DNA from: an uncultured Rhizobium sp.
GTDB taxonomy: Bacteria; Bacteroidota; Bacteroidia; NS11-12g; UBA955
Assembly: GCA_964527775.1 (NCBI GenBank)
Contig: CAZGQS010000002.1
Location: forward strand, 105,701 to 169,700
Length of the DNA: 64,000 bases
Direction of reading: 5' to 3'
Below, in pieces: positions 8,315-17,077 of this stretch. Made by a program: the position numbers and the translations under genes. The notes under the pieces were generated by a model. The model was not told where the DNA came from. It searched no databases and saw only the letters and a list, made by a program, of their open reading frames with translations. The stretch's first letter is position 1. Every line of letters starts with the position of its first letter.

Positions 8315-10050
8315 AGTTCGGCAATACTGCCATGCGCAGGGAAATGATCTTGTATACCTAGATGGTGAAATCTAGGATTCAATGGGTTAGACGGATTGTT
8401 GTCCCATTTTTCCCATAAATATTTAAAATATTGACCAAATCCTCCAATGATGCTACCGTCTTCAATAGTTATGCAATGTTGGTAGTTCTTTTTTTGAATA
8501 AAAGGAACCTCTGTAGCGTGTTTCACCGCTGGAAAGTGAATGAGATCTACATGGTTGAACAATTCAGGTTTTTTCTCTAGAGCGGTTATAGCCAATTGTG
8601 TGGCAATACCCGTGGTACTAATTAAAATCTTTGGATTGCTTGATTGGTGGATGATTTTTGGCTCAGTTGGGTTGGCAAGAAGTTTATTTTGAGCTTGAAT
8701 TGGTGTTTCACCTCTAGGGTATCTAATGAAAACAGGATGGTTTTGTTCAAGAGCCCAATGCATCATGTTTCTAAGTTCTGATGATTGATAGGGTGCGAGT
8801 ATAGTTATATTGGGCAGAGGCAGAAGAAAAGATAAATCAAAACTTCCGTGGTGTGTTGGGCCATCCTCGCCAACGAGTCCTGCACGGTCAATGCAAAAAA
8901 CCACGGGCAGGTTTTGTAGTACCACATCGTGGATGATTTGATCATAAGCGCGTTGCAGAAAAGTGCTGTAGATATTGACAACTACTTTTTTGCCTCCTGC
9001 GGCTATTCCCGCGGCAAAAGTGACTGCATGTTGTTCGGAAATCCCCACATCAAAAAATCGATCTGGATATTTTTCCAAAGTTGGCAACATGCCACATGAG
9101 CTAGGCATGGCAGGTGTAACTCCCCGTAACTCTTGATTGCTGTTTGCCAATTCGAGCAGGGTTTCACCAAAAATGTCTTGCCATTTGGCCATTGGTCTTT
9201 GGTCTTTGGTCTTTGGTTCTTGGTCTTTGGGGGATGGGTGATCAACTTTGATGTATTTGGCGGCGCTATGCCAGCGGGTTTGTTCCTTCTCTGCGGGTTC
9301 ATATCCTTTCCCTTTTATAGTTTGAATATGAATTAGATGAGGTTTGTTCTGGGAAATGGCTTCTTTCAATGTTTTCTTAAGGACTCCAATATCATGTCCA
9401 TCAAAAGGTCCATGATAAATAAATCCAAACCATTCAAAAAATTCTCTGATCTGTTTAGGATGTTTATTTTTTTGTAGGTGAACCAAATGTTTATTCAATG
9501 CACCGGTATTGGGATCAATACCCATTTGGTTGTCATTGAGAATTACAACCAAAGGATAATTCAAATCAATCATGTTGTTCATAGCCTCATAGGCCATGCC
9601 ACCGGTGAGAGCTCCATCGCCAATGATGGCGAATACTGGAGGTCTAGTTTGATTGTATTTTAGGGCTTCTGCAAATCCTACAGCAGCAGAAAGCGCGGTA
9701 GATGAATGTCCGGTCCCAAACCAATCAAATGGAGATTCGCTTCTTTTGGGAAAGCCCGAAATGCCGTTTTTATTTCTAATGTTTTTAATTTCATCACCAC
9801 GGCCAGTCAGAACTTTATAGGGATATGATTGGTGCCCAACATCCCAAATTACTGGGGAAAATTCAGGGTCAATTTCTGACAGGAGAGCCACTGTCAATTC
9901 TATGACGCCAAGGTTTGCTGCAAAGTGACCGCCATTTTCAAGAATGGTATTTATGAGGAAATTTCTTAATTCTGCCGCAACCAAAATTAGTTCTCCCACA
10001 GGCATATTGCGCAGTTCTTGATATTGGCTATACTTTGAAGGAAGCGGCAT
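8245..10050 (-). CDS. dxs: 1-deoxy-D-xylulose-5-phosphate synthase
   Basis: GGHFAANLGVIELTVAL, WDVGHQSYPYKVLTGR and IGDGALTGGMAYEAMNN (TPP motif). Full length at 601 aa. The interdomain linker is encoded by heptamer repeats (see the repeat feature). Confidence 0.95.
   Translation of the reverse strand: MPLPSKYSQYQELRNMPVGELILVAAELRNFLINTILENGGHFAANLGVIELTVALLSEIDPEFSPVIWDVGHQSYPYKVLTGRGDEIKNIRNKNGISGFPKRSESPFDWFGTGHSSTALSAAVGFAEALKYNQTRPPVFAIIGDGALTGGMAYEAMNNMIDLNYPLVVILNDNQMGIDPNTGALNKHLVHLQKNKHPKQIREFFEWFGFIYHGPFDGHDIGVLKKTLKEAISQNKPHLIHIQTIKGKGYEPAEKEQTRWHSAAKYIKVDHPSPKDQEPKTKDQRPMAKWQDIFGETLLELANSNQELRGVTPAMPSSCGMLPTLEKYPDRFFDVGISEQHAVTFAAGIAAGGKKVVVNIYSTFLQRAYDQIIHDVVLQNLPVVFCIDRAGLVGEDGPTHHGSFDLSFLLPLPNITILAPYQSSELRNMMHWALEQNHPVFIRYPRGETPIQAQNKLLANPTEPKIIHQSSNPKILISTTGIATQLAITALEKKPELFNHVDLIHFPAVKHATEVPFIQKKNYQHCITIEDGSIIGGFGQYFKYLWEKWDNNPSNPLNPRFHHLGIQDHFPAHGSIAELQEDEGFDVDSILTKLNQLLINS
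9192..9230 (-). repeat. GACCAAR heptanucleotide tandem repeat (5.5 units, 39 nt) inside the dxs reading frame
   Basis: Plus strand reads TTGGTCT TTGGTCT TTGGTCT TTGGTTC TTGGTCT TTGG, which is the reverse complement of the GACCAAR units. It is translated within PKDQEPKTKDQRP. The unit family is the same as at 38941-39003. Confidence 0.9.
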
Positions 10051-10057
10051 TGAACTG

Positions 10058-10065
10058 CAAAAATA
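10058..10065 (-). promoter_or_regulatory. -7 box TATTTTTG for dxs
   Basis: Minus strand reads TATTTTTG-CAGTTCA-ATG(10050). Confidence 0.5.
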
Positions 10066-10265
10066 GGGCTAAATAGAGGTTTATTTTATTTTCTTAGTAT
10101 TGTAAAAAAATAGTCATTAATTTTAAATATAAAATGATATAAATCAATAGTAATCGGGTTTTTAAACTATTTTCATCTGATAAAATATTATTTTCCTCGA
10201 TGGGTTTCTAAATATTAAAATATTAATGGTGAAATTTGTAATTCAATCATTCATCTAAATTTATC

Positions 10266-10892
10266 ATGTCAAACAAAACTGTAGAGGCGAAAGTTCCTAA
10301 AAAACGAGGAAGAAAACCTGGTTCTAAGAATAAAGTGAAAAAAGCTGATAAGCGCGGATCAACGCAAATGTATAATCAACTTGAATCTGAGTTGCTAAGC
10401 TTAATGGAGTCTGTGAGAAAAGCGCAAGAGTCTTCTCAAAAAGAAATTCAGAAAGTTGAAGAGAAAAATCAAAGAGAGACATTAAAACTTCGTTCAAAAT
10501 TAGAAGCGTCAATTTCGCTTTGGAAGAATAGGGCAAAAGAATACAGAAAGAAATTAACAGTTTCAGGAAATAAGAAGGGTAGAGTAGGTAGACCCGCGAG
10601 TAAACCTTTGGCACCCAAAGGGAAGCGCGGTAGACCCGCTAAAAGTGAATTAGGTCAAAGACGCGGCGGTGGAAGAAAAAGAGCAGGGGAATTGACTAAA
10701 AGAGATATCATCATCAATTATATGAAAGAGGTGAATAAGCCCATGACTTCGAAAGAATTGATCACTGGATTGTTCGCTAAAAGTGGTGAAAAAGACATGA
10801 AGCGTTTTTCTCAAGGTGTTTACACCACTCTTACACAGATTTACAAAGGCGGGGAACTTATCAATAAGGACGGCCTTATCCAGTTATCTTAA
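10266..10892 (+). CDS. Basic DNA-binding protein with AT-hook motifs, a coiled-coil segment and a C-terminal winged-helix-like domain
   Basis: Motifs KKRGRKPGSKNK, KGRVGRPASKP and GKRGRPAKSE (GRP-core AT-hooks). The middle is heptad-like (QLESELLSLMESVRKAQESSQKEIQKVEEK). The C-terminus is LTKRDIIINYMKEVNKPMTSKELITGL...GELINKDGLIQL. A 215-nt AT-rich region lies upstream. Confidence 0.7.
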   Translation: MSNKTVEAKVPKKRGRKPGSKNKVKKADKRGSTQMYNQLESELLSLMESVRKAQESSQKEIQKVEEKNQRETLKLRSKLEASISLWKNRAKEYRKKLTVSGNKKGRVGRPASKPLAPKGKRGRPAKSELGQRRGGGRKRAGELTKRDIIINYMKEVNKPMTSKELITGLFAKSGEKDMKRFSQGVYTTLTQIYKGGELINKDGLIQLS

Positions 10893-11729
10893 TCACCCTT
10901 TTTTAAGAAGCACTACAAATCGAGGATTTCCACTGAAGTCCTCGATTTTTTTTATTTCAGAATAAGTGCTTTCAAATATTTGAAAAAGTTCTAACGTTTC
11001 TTGGTTATAATTTTGGTGTGTTTCTAAATAAATTCCAATTGGTTTTTTATTGGTGTCATTTTGACATTTTTTTAATTCTTCCATAATTCTTTTGTAGAAA
11101 ATTAATGGATCTTTATCTACAAACAACGCTTCATGCGGTTCATAATTAACTACTTTTTTATCCATTAAATCAATTTCATTGATTGGAATGTAAGGTGGAT
11201 TTGATATTACGATATCAAACGCTGAAAAATTGATTTCGTCTTCCAAAAAGTTCAGTTGTTTCAATTTGACTCTATTGGTTAATTCTAAATCGACGGCATT
11301 TTGATTGGCTATTTCAAGTGTTTCATGGCTAATGTCAATTCCAGATGCAGTCCATGTTGGACGTTCCTTTAACAGGCTCAAGGCAATGCAACCACTGCCG
11401 GTTCCAATATCGAGTATGTTGAAAGGGCTATTGGTGTTATTGGGGAATTGTTTCAAGATTAAATCTACAAGTTCTTCGGTCTCAGGTCTTGGAATTAAGG
11501 TGTGCTGATTTACACGGAACCTGCTTTTGTAAAAGTAGGTATATCCAAAAACTAGTTGAACTGGTTCTCCTTCTTTGATGCGTTGCAAATGATTTTCAAG
11601 CATCTCAGAGGTCATGCCTTCTTGAATAGCCTCCTCAAACCAAATGTATATGCTTGAAATTTCATCTACAGAACAAATGTCAGATAGTTCTTGAAGTAAA
11701 TGTTGGCGTGAAAAATGGTGAGTTTGCAT
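10893..11729 (-). CDS. prmC: Peptide chain release factor N5-glutamine methyltransferase
   Basis: ILDIGTGSGCIAL (SAM motif), VISNPPYIP (NPPY) and the C-terminal DFSGNPRFV. Confidence 0.9.
   Translation of the reverse strand: MQTHHFSRQHLLQELSDICSVDEISSIYIWFEEAIQEGMTSEMLENHLQRIKEGEPVQLVFGYTYFYKSRFRVNQHTLIPRPETEELVDLILKQFPNNTNSPFNILDIGTGSGCIALSLLKERPTWTASGIDISHETLEIANQNAVDLELTNRVKLKQLNFLEDEINFSAFDIVISNPPYIPINEIDLMDKKVVNYEPHEALFVDKDPLIFYKRIMEELKKCQNDTNKKPIGIYLETHQNYNQETLELFQIFESTYSEIKKIEDFSGNPRFVVLLKKG
10919..10953 (+). terminator. Rho-independent terminator of the AT-hook gene, embedded in the 3' coding end of prmC on the opposite strand
   Basis: Stem ATCGAGGA (10919-10926) pairs with TCCTCGAT (10939-10946). 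The loop is 12 nt and a T7 run follows (10947-10953). Confidence 0.7.
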
Positions 11730-11733
11730 GGAA

Positions 11734-14166
11734 TTATAAAAGGCTGACTCTATGATGTTCTAATGTAACCCCTTTGTTGGGGTTTAGAATTTCAAAGGTA
11801 ATAATATAATTTCCCTTCATTAATTCTTTGTTATGGCTCATAAGTGGCCATTGAATCACCCCTTCAGATGGAATAGCCGTAAACTCACATACCGAAAGTA
11901 TTTTTTCTCCCCAAATGCTAAAAAGTTGGATGCTTATTAAACAACCTATCTCAGGTATGTTAAGTTCAATGGGTAAATCGTAATATCCTTGGGAGTTTTT
12001 TAGAAGCCTCTTATTTGAAAGATTCGTCCATTTTTTACTCTGTGTTTTTTGTGATAATACCATGGAATTAGAAATAGTGGGACTTGCACCCATATTGGAA
12101 ACACATTCAAACCAAAGAAGAGGATCGTTTGAAAGTAGGTTAGGATGTGATTTTTCTATGGATGCGTTTCTCTCAATTGTTCGGTTGATGGGTTTTACTT
12201 GTTCGAAGCTGCATTCATCTACAACTCCTGTAATTTGATTTACCAAGGCTAGATAGCCACCTTCTTGAGTTAAATTGGGAAATTGAGGTAACCCTAACAG
12301 CGATGGAATTTTGGCAAAATCAAATTGATGAATTATAGAATGAAGATTCTCACACAACACCAAGTATTCTTTTGGCATTATTACTTTTCTTTTTTGGTTT
12401 TTTAACGATATAATTTGCTTGATGTAATTGTCTTTATCGTATATCAATAAATCATAGTATTCAAGAAAAACTGGGCATTCATTGGGATTGTATATTTCAA
12501 TAAAGTCGGTATTTGTGGCTGATTTGAAATAAATTTCGTTAAAGGTTAATTTTAAATTCGGTTTTGGAAATTGGGGATTTATATCAAAATGAATGTTGAG
12601 CGGCGGATGCTGATTGATTATATTTATTGACTTTGGATTTGTAGATATATCTTCAATTAATTGGTTGTGAATATTCAGTTTATGTGCAATGGAATTATCT
12701 TGAACTAGAAAGTATTCTTCAATTTCTATGGGAAATTCATCGCAGAAATTTCCATTTAATGCTCCGGGGCTGCCACCGTTGTAGGAAGCAGTTTTCCATT
12801 TGCTGTGATTTGATAATGGATTTAGATTATGGGCCTCGTATGAAAAACCACCGCTTGAAGCAAATGCTGAATGCATACTAACTTGATAATGTGCGGAATC
12901 TAAAAGTAATCCGTTTTGGGTTGTAAGTAACAATGTACCTTCGGCATTGATAAGATTGGGGAAGTTTGGAATGCCCCAAATGCCTTGAGAAGATTGAAAT
13001 TTATTGAGTGTCCAAATGCGCCAAGTATTTATTTCGTTTGTAGGTACTAGTAATACGGCTTGTTTGGGTGCAAATAGGCTATCGGGTATGGTAATTACTT
13101 TGTTATTGTATGTCAATATAATTTCAGTTGCTTGTTTATAATCGTTGGAATTGTTGTAAAGTTCAATGTACTCTGTTGTCGGAAAACGATTTAAAGATGG
13201 CTCTGGAACTGGCATGATTTCCGATATAACAATGTCGGCTCTTTTGACAGGCGTGATTTTCTTCAATTTCAAATTGAATAACAAGGTCTCCATTGGTTCA
13301 TTCCAAATGGTGTAAAATGAATCAATTAGAATATTTAAATCTAGGGTGTCTGATTTTTCTAGTTGGATAATAAGAGATTGCAGGTCTGAATTCAAAGAAT
13401 GAAAGCGGTATTTATGGTTGATTTTTAAAATGCCTTTTGTGGACTTTAACAAGATTGAACCTGAAATTCTTAATTCTGTTTGGTTGAGTTGTTTCGTGGT
13501 TGTTATTAAAAATTTCCTTTTTTTGAGATTGTCAATTTGGATGTTTGATATTCGATGGGATTGAAAGGCGGTTTTACCAGATTGTTGTATACCAATAAAG
13601 AATTGTTGAATATTACTCAAAAAGAGGGGTGTTTTGAGTTCAGTGATGCGTTGGGTTGAAATATGGTAAGTGGTTACGAATAGTGAATCCTCGGTCAGCC
13701 TCAGTTGAATGCTTCCCTTAAATGCAGAAGCTGAGAATTCTTGGTTAGGGCCTGCATTAATTGGTGTTGAATTTTGAGCTGTATAGGCTTCCCAGCGGTC
13801 TTGGGTATTTCCCAATTTGATGAATTGTGTATTGCCTATAGCGTCAATGAAACCAAATTGAATAGAATTGTTTGTGGAGGTGTTTATTTTAAGTTCTAAG
13901 TTGAATCTTACGTAAAAATCGGATGAATTTTGGGGAGGTATTTTGATTTTTAGTTGAAAATCACCCTTGTCTAATTGATTGTAATTGGAGATAATCTGTT
14001 GATTGCTTCGAAGAAAAAAGGAGGTGTCACCCGAGTATTCAATGGGCCAATTTGAGCTGTAAACCGAATCGTGAAATTGGGCTTTTAAACAACAGCATGG
14101 AGAAAGAAATAGGCTAATAACTGCGATCTTTCCAATGAACCTTGCTAAAGAACTGAGCAAAGGCAA
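11734..14166 (-). CDS. Large secreted protein with two lamin-tail (LTD) domains and a T9SS-type C-terminal sorting domain
   Basis: LTD signatures VISEIMPVPEP...EYIELYNNS and LTFNEIYFKS...DFIEIYNP. The C-terminus KGNYIITFEILNPNKGVTLEHHRVSLL resembles a Por/T9SS CTD. A signal-like segment FIGKIAVISLFLSPCCCLKAQ is present. The start is uncertain: TTG 14166 or TTG 14160 is preferred, because ATG 14319/14268 would overlap the upstream GT2 gene by more than 150 nt. Confidence 0.7.
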   Translation of the reverse strand: MPLLSSLARFIGKIAVISLFLSPCCCLKAQFHDSVYSSNWPIEYSGDTSFFLRSNQQIISNYNQLDKGDFQLKIKIPPQNSSDFYVRFNLELKINTSTNNSIQFGFIDAIGNTQFIKLGNTQDRWEAYTAQNSTPINAGPNQEFSASAFKGSIQLRLTEDSLFVTTYHISTQRITELKTPLFLSNIQQFFIGIQQSGKTAFQSHRISNIQIDNLKKRKFLITTTKQLNQTELRISGSILLKSTKGILKINHKYRFHSLNSDLQSLIIQLEKSDTLDLNILIDSFYTIWNEPMETLLFNLKLKKITPVKRADIVISEIMPVPEPSLNRFPTTEYIELYNNSNDYKQATEIILTYNNKVITIPDSLFAPKQAVLLVPTNEINTWRIWTLNKFQSSQGIWGIPNFPNLINAEGTLLLTTQNGLLLDSAHYQVSMHSAFASSGGFSYEAHNLNPLSNHSKWKTASYNGGSPGALNGNFCDEFPIEIEEYFLVQDNSIAHKLNIHNQLIEDISTNPKSINIINQHPPLNIHFDINPQFPKPNLKLTFNEIYFKSATNTDFIEIYNPNECPVFLEYYDLLIYDKDNYIKQIISLKNQKRKVIMPKEYLVLCENLHSIIHQFDFAKIPSLLGLPQFPNLTQEGGYLALVNQITGVVDECSFEQVKPINRTIERNASIEKSHPNLLSNDPLLWFECVSNMGASPTISNSMVLSQKTQSKKWTNLSNKRLLKNSQGYYDLPIELNIPEIGCLISIQLFSIWGEKILSVCEFTAIPSEGVIQWPLMSHNKELMKGNYIITFEILNPNKGVTLEHHRVSLL

Positions 14167-15229
14167 TGATTGGAATGTAGATGGTTTGAAAAACCGATGA
14201 GGCCATTTTATGTTTGATTGATGATTTTTGATGGTAAAAACTGGTGATTTTTTCCAGTAAAAAGACATCAAAAATGATTTTTGTTCCCCACATTCCTGCC
14301 AACTCCACATAATGGGCAAAGTTGAGATATAGAAGGGTAATTGTCCAAAGTAGAATAAAAAATAGGACCATTAAGATTTGCGAATTTTGCGTATTTCTTT
14401 GGGACTGGAAGCGTGTTTTTTGAGCCCATCTTATTCGCTGATGCCATAATTCTCGCCATGTCTCAAGGACAGGTGTATACACGGAAGCATTTGGATTTGA
14501 TACAGTTTCAACATTCAGATTTGCTTGGTTAAATCCTTCTATTAAGAAAATATCATCTCCGCCTGCCACTTTTAAATTTGCATTAAACGGGTTGATTTTA
14601 AGAAAACTTTTAACATGTACCAACATATTTGCAGCATTACCCATGGTTTTATTGTTTCTAGCAGATTGGTAGCTGCCTAAGGCCATCAGAGCTGAATTTT
14701 CTAGGATTTGATAAGCTTGTAGAAAACTAGAATTACCCGTGTAAATGACCGGTCCAAATACTGCTTTCGCATCACTTTTGATGGCTTCAGTCAAGAAATT
14801 TATGGCGTTCCAATTGGTGATACAATCGGCATCGGTAACATATGCCCAGTCGGTTTGGGTTTGATGAAATGCTAAATTCAGGGCTTGTTTTTTTCCTGAT
14901 TTTTCGGGGGATGTTTGGAGTACGGAAATTCGACCAGCATAGTTGATAGATCTCAAAAAGTCATGCAATAGCTGAGGTGTACTGTCAGTAGATTGATCGT
15001 CAATGAGGATGTAACGCAGATGATGGGGATTCTCAGATTCGATTTTATTTAAATTCTTCAGAAATGCAGGAAGTAAACGTTCTTCGTTTCGGATGGAGCA
15101 GATTAGGGTGATTTCAGGCAAGTGTGAATTGCTGGGCTCAGAATTAACGGCTCTATGATTTGACCGTAAAACCATCCCCCAGAACAAAAAGTAGGGTAGG
15201 AGAAGGATTAATCCGAGCAAAAAACTCAT
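14114..15229 (-). CDS. Family 2 glycosyltransferase, membrane-embedded (QxxRW type)
   Basis: ICSIRNEE..., ILIDDQSTDST, TDADC and QRIRWAQK (a processive GT2 motif). TM segments are present at both ends. Confidence 0.85.
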   Translation of the reverse strand: MSFLLGLILLLPYFLFWGMVLRSNHRAVNSEPSNSHLPEITLICSIRNEERLLPAFLKNLNKIESENPHHLRYILIDDQSTDSTPQLLHDFLRSINYAGRISVLQTSPEKSGKKQALNLAFHQTQTDWAYVTDADCITNWNAINFLTEAIKSDAKAVFGPVIYTGNSSFLQAYQILENSALMALGSYQSARNNKTMGNAANMLVHVKSFLKINPFNANLKVAGGDDIFLIEGFNQANLNVETVSNPNASVYTPVLETWRELWHQRIRWAQKTRFQSQRNTQNSQILMVLFFILLWTITLLYLNFAHYVELAGMWGTKIIFDVFLLEKITSFYHQKSSIKHKMASSVFQTIYIPIIAFAQFFSKVHWKDRSY

Positions 15230-15723
15230 GAATGGGACTGTAAAATTTTCTTTTCGATGGCGCTGGTTGAGTATCCGGGAAGGAACTCAATGGTCTTTAC
15301 TTGGCCACCATGTTGAATGACCCAGTCAGCACCAACTATGTTTTCAACAGTATAATCACCGCCTTTTACCAGCACATGGGGAGTGATGATTTCAATGATT
15401 TCTTTGGGAGTATCTTCGGTGAAAACAATGACAGCGTCTACAAATGCGAACGACGCCATTACATGAGAACGTGAAAATTCGTTTTGGAGGGGTCTTGCGG
15501 GCGATTTTTCCATTCGTTTGACAGAAGCATCAGCATTTACTGCAACAATTAGAAAGTCAGCAAGTTCAGCGGTTTCAGCAAGGTATTTTACATGTCCAGC
15601 ATGAATAATATCGAAGCAACCGTTGGTAAAGACGATAGATTTACCTTGTGATTTAATTTCGTTTACTTTGGTAGTAATTTGGTCATAGGACCAAATTTTA
15701 GATGCTGGATTCTGATTTTTCAT
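15226..15723 (-). CDS. Small cytidylyl/adenylyltransferase (RfaE domain II-like)
   Basis: FTNGCFDIIHAGHVKYL is the HxGH nucleotidyltransferase motif. About 165 aa. ATG 15723 is preferred, giving a 26-nt overlap with the upstream gene. Confidence 0.8.
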   Translation of the reverse strand: MKNQNPASKIWSYDQITTKVNEIKSQGKSIVFTNGCFDIIHAGHVKYLAETAELADFLIVAVNADASVKRMEKSPARPLQNEFSRSHVMASFAFVDAVIVFTEDTPKEIIEIITPHVLVKGGDYTVENIVGADWVIQHGGQVKTIEFLPGYSTSAIEKKILQSHS

Positions 15724-16678
15724 TTGATTGCATTTCAAAGAAAAGCAATCCATAGGAAATACCGCCTAACAAGAGATGGAAAATGTTGGAAAAGGCAACG
15801 GTAAAAATACCGAATGTTTTGGCTGATTCCTGTGGAAGTCCATAAACCAGGGTAAGACCGTATGCAATGGCATACCAAACACCAGCGCCGCCTGGAACGG
15901 GAATGATGACACCAAGAGATGAAAATATAAGGATGGCTAGTGCGTTAAACAATGTGAAGTGTTGGGTCATTTCAAGTGCTTGTAATTGGAAATAAAGGGA
16001 AACCCAATATGCAAACCAAATGCCAAAAGAATAGGTGATGAATTTGGCTTTGTTTTCAAGTTCAAAAGCACTGTTGATGCCGTGTAATAATTTTTGGATG
16101 ATTCCTCCTTCCGTTTTATCTTTTTTTGCTGTGAACTTTCTCCAGAAATAGAGAGCAGTAGCAGCGATAATAAGGGCCAATAAAATATAAGCACCATTGT
16201 TGAATAGGGGCTTAATTACATAGGGTTCAGCAAATTGATATAGTACATCAAACTGCAACATCAAGGCCAATGCGGCCATGAAAAGCATGATTACCAAGTC
16301 AATGATTCGTTCTGTGATGACCGTTCCAACGAGAGTTTCGATGGGGGCTTTTTCGCTTTTGGCAGTCAGAGCGCAGCGAACAACTTCTCCGCCTCTTGAG
16401 GTAGCGACATTTACTAAATAACCCGACATTACAGAGTAAAATGCACGTCTGTGATTGATGGGATAGCCAGCGGCTCTGCTTAGTTGATCCCAACGCGCAC
16501 CTCTTAGATAATGGGCGGTGGTCATAAGTATAACAGCGAGTAAAATATAAAAATAGTTAGCGGATTTCACCGCTTTCCAAGTTTCTACCCAATTGGTTTC
16601 AACACCTATGTATATAAAAACTCCAATGGCAAATATGACCATCAGTGCTTTGGTAAATAGGTGCTTGCTAATTTTCAT
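15698..16678 (-). CDS. Integral membrane protein, lysylphosphatidylglycerol-synthase TM-region / flippase-like family (UPF0104)
   Basis: 326 aa with about 8 predicted TM helices. It contains ARWDQL, SGYLVNVATSRGGEVVRC and PVPGGAGV motifs as I recall them from this family. Confidence 0.65.
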   Translation of the reverse strand: MKISKHLFTKALMVIFAIGVFIYIGVETNWVETWKAVKSANYFYILLAVILMTTAHYLRGARWDQLSRAAGYPINHRRAFYSVMSGYLVNVATSRGGEVVRCALTAKSEKAPIETLVGTVITERIIDLVIMLFMAALALMLQFDVLYQFAEPYVIKPLFNNGAYILLALIIAATALYFWRKFTAKKDKTEGGIIQKLLHGINSAFELENKAKFITYSFGIWFAYWVSLYFQLQALEMTQHFTLFNALAILIFSSLGVIIPVPGGAGVWYAIAYGLTLVYGLPQESAKTFGIFTVAFSNIFHLLLGGISYGLLFFEMQSNEKSESSI

Positions 16679-17025
16679 TAGATCAATTGGTTGTTGCGAT
16701 CTGGGAAGATGTTGTTGGGCTGGTGTTTTTTTGCGTCGTCCAAAGACATTGAAACAAAGGTCATAATGATAAGTTCATCACCAATTTGCCCTTTTCTTGC
16801 AGCGGCACCGTTCAATCCAATAATTCCAGTACCTCTTTCACCCTCAATAATATAGGTTTCAAATCTTTCACCATTATTATTGTTGACAATTAGAACCTTT
16901 TGATTGGGTATCATACCTGCTGCATCTACTAGGTCCATATCAATAGTGATGCTTCCGGTGTAATTCAGTTCGGTTTGAGTGAGTCGAACGTTGTGTATTT
17001 TAGCTTGTAGGACTTCAATATACAT
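16678..17025 (-). CDS. panD: Aspartate 1-decarboxylase
   Basis: LQAKIHNVRLTQTELNYTGSITID contains the G-S self-cleavage site. ATG 17025 is preferred over TTG 17034, which lies inside the -7 box. Confidence 0.92.
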   Translation of the reverse strand: MYIEVLQAKIHNVRLTQTELNYTGSITIDMDLVDAAGMIPNQKVLIVNNNNGERFETYIIEGERGTGIIGLNGAAARKGQIGDELIIMTFVSMSLDDAKKHQPNNIFPDRNNQLI

Positions 17026-17031
17026 TTGGCA

Positions 17032-17039
17032 CAAAGTTA
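17032..17039 (-). promoter_or_regulatory. -7 box TAACTTTG for the panD operon
   Basis: Minus strand reads TAACTTTG-TGCCAA-ATG(17025). Confidence 0.55.
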
Positions 17040-17077
17040 GTTACAAATAACCTTTTGTTTGACTTAAATTCGCACGA

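Noticed and set aside
9003-9336. ORFs 9003-9302 (-) and 9133-9336 (+) crossing the dxs heptamer run.
   Set aside because: These are alternative frames or the antisense of a full-length, well-conserved dxs. Their openness is again a by-product of the stop-free repeat.
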